A DNA stretch of 60,516 nucleotides, filler included, from Sphacelaria rigidula (lineage: Eukaryota), in assembly GCA_964200075.2 (NCBI GenBank). It is 7 parts of 7 records of this genome, joined end to end, with 100 filler letters (N's around TTAATTAATTAA, not from the genome) between each part and the next. Parts side by side here need not be neighbours in the genome. Positions count along the whole stretch, not along the records: positions 43,301 to 51,858 come from CAXNAA020010782.1; positions 51,959 to 60,516 come from CAXNAA020010783.1; 5 more parts are not named here. One strand, 5' to 3'. Made by a program: the position numbers and the translations under genes. The first letter of the stretch is position 1. Each line of letters starts with the position of its first letter. The notes under the pieces are model-generated. The model had not been told where the DNA came from, did not search any database, and saw only the letters and a program-made list of their open reading frames with translations. Shown piece by piece: positions 47,908 to 60,516 of the stretch.

Positions 47908-49588
47908 TGTTTTTCATTGTGTTTTTCATTGTGTGTTTTCGGTTTTGTAGTTTGCCCTGTTCTTTTCTACTTGCCTTCGTTTTTGCCCCCTCTCAAGCTT
48001 CCTTCTGTGAGTGTTTCTGTTGTGGCTAACCTTCGGTAGGTTTTTGTTGTGGAAACGGTTGGATTCCTAGGGAACCATGTAGTGTGGGACAAGCACTCAA
48101 TCAAGGACTCAGTCGCCTATGTATGTAAAGGAACAAGGAGCCGAAAAACATGCGATCGGATGGTATTCACGTGCGAGATGCCGTACGATTGGAGGTCGAC
48201 ACTTTGCGATTTCTGAGTGACCAACAACGAACTCGTCTTGGAACAGTGGGGGTTAAACGCGTTCTCCGAAGAACTTGATCTTACGTTGTCATCATTAAGG
48301 GAACGCCATCACCTGCCGGGTCAGAGCAATGTCGCAGTTGCGACTACGATTGACATGCGTTGTGGATACTGACCAATACGTCCGCATGAACATGAGTGTA
48401 CACCAGGTAGGCTTTGAATCTGTGCGCTCTCAGTGTCTGTGACCATACCCACAGGGAGTCATGGCAAACGCATTTGGCAGGGCGTTATCATATAGAGCGA
48501 GAATTGCAGCATACTGCGTTGCGTATCGATATGCGCGCTATTTGGCGCGTTCGAAATCCGTCAAGTGGTGTGTTTGTGCAGATTCGATTTTGTTTTTCAT
48601 CCGTGGAAACATGGAGCTTTCATTCTTCAGCTGCTCTTTTGAAGCATTGAACTATTTTCCGAGCTGTGCACATACCTCCATAGACCTGCATGGCATGATG
48701 CCGTGGCTTACGATGGTGGAGGTTTACCCATATGTTCCAACGGAGTAGTTGTACCCACCACAACCGGACAGCCTACGCGCATGGGCTACGTTTAACTGAA
48801 AAAAGCAGTTACCGCTAACACCATATTCCAGCGGTGAAATTTCTGTGGAGCGATGTCCACACGCGAGCGGAACGCGGAGCCGTGCAGCCCCCGGACATAA
48901 ACACCCAAACATCGTTTTGCGCGGTTTTAGTTGTCGATGGAACCAAACGCCGTGGTAGCCCTGACCCTAACTCTTTATGAGCGTGTAACCAGTTCGCGTA
49001 ACCGACCTAAAATGTCGTACAACCGTGGTCACATTCGAAACCGGGAGCTTGCCGTTAGCGCAACGCGTTCACACGAAAACCTCGTTTAAAGTTTAGCAAT
49101 GCCCGTCCTCCAATGACACAAATTTAGAATGCACTTGAATCTTGAGACATTGGCTTGTTGAACGGTCGAAAAATCTCAAGCAGCGCGAGAAATAATAAGA
49201 ACGGCGCGACTTATCCGGCCCCATAATTTGTCAGCGGATTTCGTTTCGTTCATCTTCGACGTATGTGTGGTTTGCATGAGTTCATCGTGCTTCTAACAAA
49301 GGTTGCTCAGTTGTCCATGCAGTGGTGAAATCTACTACCGCGGTATATATCGCAACCTAATACCATGTTTGCTCTACGTGCCACGATTCACGTCGTTTAG
49401 ACCTGCAGCCGACGTGATTTTGTTGAGTCAATGCCTTATATTTCTGCCTGGTGTGGGCAGATATCGAATGTCGAGTCTCTGTGCAAGCTGGACGTGTTAG
49501 ACCTGCACTCCAACTCTATCGATGAAATGCGAGGGCTCTCCGCGCTGCACGAGCTCAGGGTGCTGAACCTTGCGGGAAACCGCATCAG
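44667..49588 (+). CDS. LRRC49: LRRC49-like leucine-rich repeat protein, partial; exons 44667-45326 and 45875-46456 (tentative), about 46782-47068, 47446-47631, 49461-49588
   Basis: Spliced frame VVRRTADEKKRTPERLNLHRRQLKSCPVIQ-GDSRLRLLNYQNNLITKITNLANLPSLIFLDMYNN...LRVLMAGKNKIQQ-ISNVESLCKLDVLDLHSNSI...LRVLNLAGNRI has SDS22-type LRRs and resembles the LRRC49 N-terminal LRR region. All junctions are GT-AG and phase-compatible. Confidence 0.8.
47801..47907. repeat. (ATT)n microsatellite in an intron
   Basis: Long tandem ATT run. Confidence 0.97.
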
Positions 49589-50760
49589 GTAATCGACGCT
49601 TAGACGATCCAGGGTTCATGAGTCAACACGTTTCTTCTTTTTCTCTTTTTTTTTCCCCCCCCAGTTACTCTCCCCTTGCCGCTTCCTGTTTGTGTTTGTT
49701 TATTCAGGCTGTACCGGCCTTAATATGTCGCCCCTGCAGAGCTGTTGAGTGAGACTTCTTCCTGCTCAAATAGGGTTGCTTATAGATAGCTCAGTCGCAA
49801 CGTGCCTCCACGATCTTATTCGTTTTAGTTGTTTGTGTGACCTCTTCACCCGAAGCCATGCCGCAGAACCCTGTCGTGTTTCCTTTTTTTACCAACAGGG
49901 GGCGATACCACATTTTATTTTATCCTGGCGTTTTGCTCATGTTCTTTTTCCCTTGCGCCTTTGGTGTCCTTTCCTTGCCTCCCCTCGTTTCTCGCGTCTC
50001 CATTGTGCTCACTGTTTCTCTTCCGTTCAATGTCCTCTCTTGGTTTTCGTACTTCTTTTCCATGCTTGTCCATACGTTTCCCATTCTCCCTGCCACCTCT
50101 TTCCCCTCATTTATCTTGGATAAGATATATATATTTTCAGGACTGGATTGCGATTCGCGGCGTATCCGATAACATGCGCCATTCGACCAATCCGCCAATA
50201 GCATGGCATGTCATTGAAATTGCCCGAGAAAGGAAACGCACTTCTCCTTACAGGGTCCGGATACAACAATCATACTTAGCGGTGGTTCTTCATGGATTGT
50301 GAACATGTCCCTTCAACACATGCTACAAGCACTAACCAGTCCACTGCAAAAACAACGTGACAAACACCCGCACCACGCCGTTAGCGTCCAGTGCAACTAT
50401 TGTTTTGACGTGCGAGAGCTGACATATTCTTCCTGGCATGCGGAGTTTCTTCGTAAGTAGCTCTCACAACCACTGATGCTAGAGGTGAATGTCTCAATCA
50501 AGGTACGCTCAAGGCACCTGACAGGAAAAACTCCAGTTCGTGGGAACCACGACACGTAAAACAATGCCCAGAGTGTCCGGAGAGAGAAAATTAAATTTTC
50601 CATCACCCAAGCGTTTCAAAATTGAAAAATAACCGAACCAAGTTGCAGGAGTAGATGTGGAGTATGGCTCTATTGACGTGAAAAATGCGGCGAAAACACC
50701 TTCTGTTTAAATTACGGTACATAACACCTGACGCAGCAATTGATTCCTCGCGACCTCACA

Positions 50761-51470
50761 CGTCTCAGACCTTCTCCTTTGGCACAAATGTTTTTGAGAT
50801 TAGCGCAGCCCGTTTTGAAGAGAGAGAAAAAAGTTAAATGCGGGGATGAAAACCGCCTATCCCGTAGTTTTCGGAACGGATTTCGCCGTGAAATCGGTTT
50901 TTGGCAAGGCCGTACTCGACGAAAACGTTTTTTTTTTTTCTGTTTCTTTTTCAACAGCCGGAATACGTTTCGTTAGCAATCTCCCACAGTTTGATGTTCA
51001 TCGGTTACGATTAATGTACGGTATGACGCACGTTAGGTAGCGCCCCCTAATCACTCCTTTTTCACCAGAAATCGATAATGATCCCGAAAAAAGGAACACC
51101 TGGGACGTTTCAGACCTTCTCCTTTGGTATAAATGTTTATGAGACGAGTGCGGTCCATTTTGTAGAAAATAAGATAATAATGCGGGGATGAAAATGGCAT
51201 ATCCCCTAGTTTTCGAAAAACATTTGGCCGAATCACCAGAAACCAACAGTGACTACGAAAATGAAACACCTAGGGCTAGGACGTTCCGGATATTTTCCTT
51301 TGGCACAAACCTATGCGCATCTCAATGCATCACAACGCATCACTTTCCGCCACCAAAGAGGGAAAAGAGCTAATTCGGGGATAAAATTGGCCTGTCCCCG
51401 GATTTTCGGAACAAATTTGAGCATTCTTCGTCGTGTTTGGCAACGCCAAACTCGACGAACACGTTCGTAG
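50761..51470 (+). repeat. Three diverged direct repeats (starting about 50761, 51106 and 51282)
   Basis: Each contains TCCTTTGG(C/T)A(C/T)AAA...CGGGGAT(G/A)AAA...TCCC...TTTTCG. Confidence 0.7.
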
Positions 51471-52228
51471 AGCTCTATGCTTTCTGTTTGTTTAGAGCTA
51501 CCCAACCAAGTGGAACCAGTTTCGTTATAATTCTCGCAATAGTTGGTGTTCGACAGATGTGACAGAGTTACAATGAAACACGTTTGCTGCCCCTCTCTCT
51601 CCCCCCCCCCCCCACACACACACAATTGTTTCATCGAAATCGACAATGACTACAAGAATGGCAGACGCAGCTCGTAGACAGCAGCGAGCACGAAACAGAG
51701 CAAACCAAGCAGCGAACACTTCGCCGAACCTTTCTCGGCGATGACCTTCCACACCCTGGTCCCTCGCGCAGTAACACCTACGGCGAAGATATCCACGAGT
51801 GGCGGGTGTAGGGAGGGTGTACTCATGATCATGCATGCCATAGTCATAAGACTGTTGANNNNNNNNNNNNNNNNNNNNNNNNNNNNNNNNNNNNNNNNNN
51901 NNTTAATTAATTAANNNNNNNNNNNNNNNNNNNNNNNNNNNNNNNNNNNNNNNNNNNNGGGGTGGGGGGTGGCGGACAGAGTGGAGGAGGTGGTGGGGGT
52001 GGGGGGGGTTGTCGTGGGGTTGGTTTTGGGGGGGGGGGGGGGTTGAAGTTCTGAATGGATCCTGTACTCAGCGAGGGCATGGCTTACCATGCACATACAA
52101 TACCCGCAGGAAGCAGACGTGGACGCTCGGCATCTACACGACGTACCCGGTAAGGACGTGAGTCTGTTGAGTCTCATGTTGAAACCGTTGACAAGGCGGC
52201 ATTCTCTCGTTTTTGTACTTGTTTGCAG

Positions 52229-56074
<3,846 letters not shown>

Positions 56075-59000
56075 GAAACAGTAAGGAAGCCGAGGACTTC
56101 CGGGAGCGCACCCATGCCCGCTGCAAAAACATGCCGCACGATTTGGCGCTGCCACGAGGGCCCGAGTCAAGGCATCCAGGGACCCAGCAACTTGCTTCGG
56201 TTTTGGCCATCTTCAGGCGTGAGTCGTCGCTGTTTCGTTTTGCTGTGTCGACAGGTTATCCTGTCCAGTTTTGTTCGATTTTTTTGCTACTGAGGGGCGC
56301 AACGGTACCTGCCTGCTAGGGTTGTCGTTTGGGTGGAAGCCGGTCATCGTTTGGTCGTCACCTAAGCCCGTAGGAGGGCAAATATTCCCGTGCCCATCCA
56401 GGCGAAGTGGTGCCATCAGCTTGACTAGTAGCGTTATCGGCAATGGTTAGATGGCGCATGCCCGCGCACTGTTTTAATCGTGGCCATAACGTTTTCCGTT
56501 GGGATCCTAAACTAGAAGACAATGTGCTATTTGTTCCTCTAGTACTTAACACGTGGCATTCGCCGAGATCGACCCGAAAACGTGCTACTTGGGGTTATGT
56601 CGTGTGACCGATTCCAGCCGCAGAAGCAGGAGGTGCAGTAGCAGTAGCTAGAAGATATGGTGTACTCTGTTGAAAGAGCGAGGGCAATGGACGAACTTGA
56701 GATGTGCCATCGACTTCAGATGAGGAGGTGGTGGTGGTGGTGGAGGATGGTTGATGCTTATCGAGCCTCTGGTTGTGGGAGTGTACTGTTGTTTCAGCTG
56801 GTCGCCGATTGTGAATGAAGAAAAAGTCTTATGATTGTGGCAGGCTGGCTGCTCTTTTTCCTTGGACGAATAGATTTTTTACGCGATATACGTCTAGACC
56901 AGCGAGTCGCTACGCGAGCCTCACATTAAAATCGTTTACTCTTTCGTATTACAGCGATAGAGGAGTAGTAGGGGGGGGGGAGGGGAGGGAGGTGGGCAGG
57001 CATAACTATTGAATTGGGGATAGGCGACGGAGTACGTTATCCGCAGTGGAGGTTTCGGGAGAAGAAGCTGAGCAGGGTGCGCGAGAAAGTCCAGTTTGGG
57101 CTGCCGGTGCTTACTGCGCGACGAATCATGTGTTTCCCAGCATCGGTTGTCTTTCAAATGACGGCCTTCCTTGCCGTGCCTTTGTAGACGGGGTTGTGAG
57201 AGTACTTCTTGTCTCGCCGTTCCAGCGGCTGTATGATCTCGCTGTTTCAGGTATTCTAGTACACTAGCCATCCGATGTCATTGGTCTATCAGTCACTGAA
57301 ACCCATCTGCTGCGTTGCGTATGTGTGTGAGAGAGTCTCTGTTTTTATTTGTGCGGGGCGGGGGGATGTTGCATACGGGCGGGTCTCTCTTGTTTTTGTG
57401 TGGCATAGTAATTTGTGCATGCATTATTAGCTCTGGAGGGTGCGCTGTGAGTTGTGTTAGAATGCGTGCGACTTCTGTGCTCTGCTGTTCTCTACGAGTA
57501 CTGCTTTGCCGCTTTTGTGATGATGCACACGTTTTCGTTCACCTTGACCGAGCAAGGGGACGAACAGAGCCTTCACAAAGACGCCTGGTTGGTTCTCGCT
57601 TGGGCCGATCGCTGTACTGTTGTAGTGTCCGCGTCTGTACGTGGACAGCAAATGTCGAAAGTACAAGCTAGAATTACGAGTATGAAGTCTGGCGAAAGGT
57701 GCAATGTCATTGAGGAGAAAAGAAGCACAATAGATGTGATGTGGATGGGCAGACCGGCCCCGTGGACGTGACGGGGCTGCTTTCAGAAATATTTTTGATG
57801 AAAAATGACCAACTCAATTATCATAGGGTCGTACGTCGAAGCGCCTTGTCTTCTTGTCATTTGTAGAAGCGTCGTCGTATCGTTCGTTGATGATGATGTT
57901 TGCCTTGAAACGTGTTTTTGCCGGCTTCATTCTATTATTCGACGAAGCAGTTGTCTAGGGGAAGAGCCGGTCATATATGCCGTTGGTTTTAGTGTTGCAG
58001 TTCTTTTGTTGCTGTCTAACCCTCGCTCTGGAGCCTTTTTTGCTGCTTTCCTGAACGTACCCCTGATGGACAAGGGTGGTGCACGGGGGTCACAGGGAGG
58101 CATAATCTCTCGCCCGATTGGTTAATGATGATGTGATACATTGGACGATCCTGCGTTGAAGAATACAGCTCAGCTTGCGGTATCGGACATGATAATGTGT
58201 GCTTTAGCCAGACAGTGCGGAAAGCAAGGATAGACGGGGAGGGGGGGCAAGAAGACCAAATGTTTTTTTACAAGAAGGGAAGCGTTTCGCTCTCCTCCGT
58301 CTAGATCTGTTTCCGCCTTTACTGGGTTGTCTTTTTCTTGTGCCCGTGAATGTGCGTGAAATCACGGCGTGGGGCAGGAAAGGAAAAGCGTGACGTAGAC
58401 TACACTTGTGCTGTACCGGGTACTGGGAGAAAAATGTACGCAGATTGCTACTCCCCGCAGGATATAAAAGAGTGAAAGCTCAGACCAAATGAAAGATGAG
58501 CGAGAAACTTACAGCTAGAGAAGGTTTGCCTAGTCGATCAGTTGAGAGATGAACATGAGGCCGCCCGAGAATAGCGGGTGTCGTTTTTTTAGTTGGGTGT
58601 TATCACCCTCTGGATGTGGTTTGACATATATCAGTAGGCGTGTTACTTTCGCTGGCGATCTTTCTGATGTGGGGGCCTGTCTGTGATGTATTCCGTTCGC
58701 GTTTTCTATGCTTTCAATTTCAAGAGCTGAGCGGGTCGGTGACGATAGTTAATCTTGAATGCTGTGTGTTTTCTCTGAAAATAAAGCGTTGCTGCTGTAT
58801 TAGTAGTCAACAACTACTTGTAAGAACTCTAGATTTATTTATTATTTTGCATCTATTTGTTTGTCTTCGTCTTCCTTTTTTTTAGATGGTCGTGTCTTCC
58901 TGTTGTACAGTATGCGAAAATGAAGATGTCAAGCATGATGCATGCATCAAAAACAAAACACGAATACACGTCCGTATGCTTCATGTATGTCTTGAAGACG

Positions 59001-60136
59001 GGGTGAAGTAGAAACAACGGTTTATGGTTTGCTTCCGTCTTTTTTTGGCGTGGCATGGCGCGTCTTGTATAACTGTTATCACGAAACATTTGTAGCCTTG
59101 AGTGCTTGAGCCATCGTTCGCGGCAATGCGCGTTATTTTTGCGAAATAGTACACAAATAGGGCGGCTGCGGATGGAACGGGGAATGCATGTGTTTCGCCT
59201 ATCGCTGTGCCGATACTCTCCTTTTTATTTTGTTCGTTTCGCGTTGCATTCGCTGTGGTTTTTATTATCCGAAATATTGTGTCTCGTCGAGGATGTGCAC
59301 TTACGACCCTTCCGTGACGTTTCTCGCCCGAGAGGAGAGGGTCGGGTGGATTCTGCCACTTCGACATGATTTTGAAGTCTACCCACAAAATATTTCGGCA
59401 ATTTTCCGCTTCCGTCGGCCCACCACGCAGTTTAACATTTTTCTGCATGGATGACCAGAAAACGCCATAAAACGAATATAAGAACAACAAATGAGTCATA
59501 CCACAAGGGGGAAGAACGAACGGAACCTCGTTTTTCTTGTTTCCCTTCCATTATGTGAAGAATGGAGAGGACTCGATCACTTCACTTCTATGTGGGAAGA
59601 GGATGCGTACATGACAGATAATGCCCGCAAGGGTCAGCCAAGAAGAAAAATAAATGGACAAGAAGGCCTCAAGATCGAAAATTCGAGTTTCTGAGGTGGG
59701 GGGGTAGGGGAGAGGGGGGGGAACCAGCCTGCTCTCCCCTGGTTTATAGCCGAGGCGTTGGTGGGTGCGGTCAGCAACCGTCTACACAGATCCCTGGCGT
59801 GGAGACCGATGAGATGGCGGACACGCCGCCCCTCCAAGCTCATCACTTACTACCATTATCATGTTCATGGGATCATTTTTTGTGCTCTGGGCCTCGAGTA
59901 CCGACCAATAGTCCTGGCGAGTTTGACGAGGCGTGAGATGAAGTTGCTTCTTTGGCTGGGGGCTGTCGCTCATATGCGCCCGTGTACATCCATGTGTGTG
60001 AGGGTGGCCTGCATCCGAGATCATTTCGACAGTAGAGCGGGCAAGGAGCAGAAGCAAATATACAGACCTCGCAAAGCCCACTAGACTTTTCGATTTTCAA
60101 CAGTGGATTCTCGAAAATGGGGTTGACAAAAAAACG

Positions 60137-60482
60137 AGGTTCAACTCAAAAGCCGTGCTTCTCCTGACCTAAATTCATGACGAATGACTTTCATAGGGAC
60201 GACCTCATCCCTCCCCGCCTTCCTAAAACTCTTTCGGGGGATTTATAGTCTTTCGTTCCCCCAAAGGGCATGTGCGAAAGCACATTTTCGCCTCGATTTC
60301 GGGGTGAAAAAAGCACTCTTTTTTGCCCACAAATCGTGCATTCGCACATACGCTTTGGGGGAACGGAAGTCTAGAAATCTCCCGACATGGTTTTAGGGCG
60401 GTCAAGAGGGATGAGATCGTCCATATGAAAGTCAATTGTCATGAATCTAGGTCAGGGAAAGTACGGCTCTCGAGGTGAACCT
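60137..60482. mobile_element. Foldback MITE-like element near the contig end
   Basis: 60137-60282 is the approximate reverse complement of 60336-60482 (e.g. CCTGACCTAAATTCATGAC / GTCATGAATCTAGGTCAGG). Confidence 0.8.
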
Positions 60483-60516
60483 GATTTAACAGCCGATTTT
60501 ATCTTTTGGGGTTCAT

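Noticed and set aside
8562-51958. Regular ~8.66-kb periodicity and repeated TTAATTAATTAA
   Set aside because: Assembly linkers between length-sorted contigs. Not biological, and adjacency across linkers carries no synteny information.
56075-60080. Short ORFs downstream of the kinase
   Set aside because: No motifs or coherent splicing; consistent with a long 3' UTR and intergenic DNA.

Overview
This is eukaryotic nuclear DNA, most likely from a brown alga (Phaeophyceae). That assignment is inferred from the spliced GT-AG genes with repeat-filled introns, the SINE/LINE families and the gene content. It is not one locus. It is seven unrelated contigs of about 8.56 kb (1-8561, 8662-17222, 17323-25883, 25984-34542, 34643-43200, 43301-51858, 51959-60516), sorted by length and joined by artificial 100-nt linkers (44 N + TTAATTAATTAA + 44 N). 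Host genes, all partial: an LRRC49-like LRR gene (+, contig 6), a CAMK-type Ser/Thr kinase (+, contig 7) and a tentative five-exon gene 3' end (-, contig 1). Most of the rest is decayed mobile DNA: three Ty3/gypsy-type LTR families, RTE-like LINE 3' ends, two tRNA-derived SINEs, hAT and PIF/Harbinger non-autonomous elements, long foldbacks and microsatellites. Three observations stand out. (1) A gypsy integrase whose reading frame continues past a chromodomain into a second, PWWP/Tudor-like module. (2) A high-copy non-coding repeat with a fixed 3' end that almost always runs into poly(C). (3) A SINE that appears to share its terminal motif with the RTE LINE. None of these has been confirmed by a database search.
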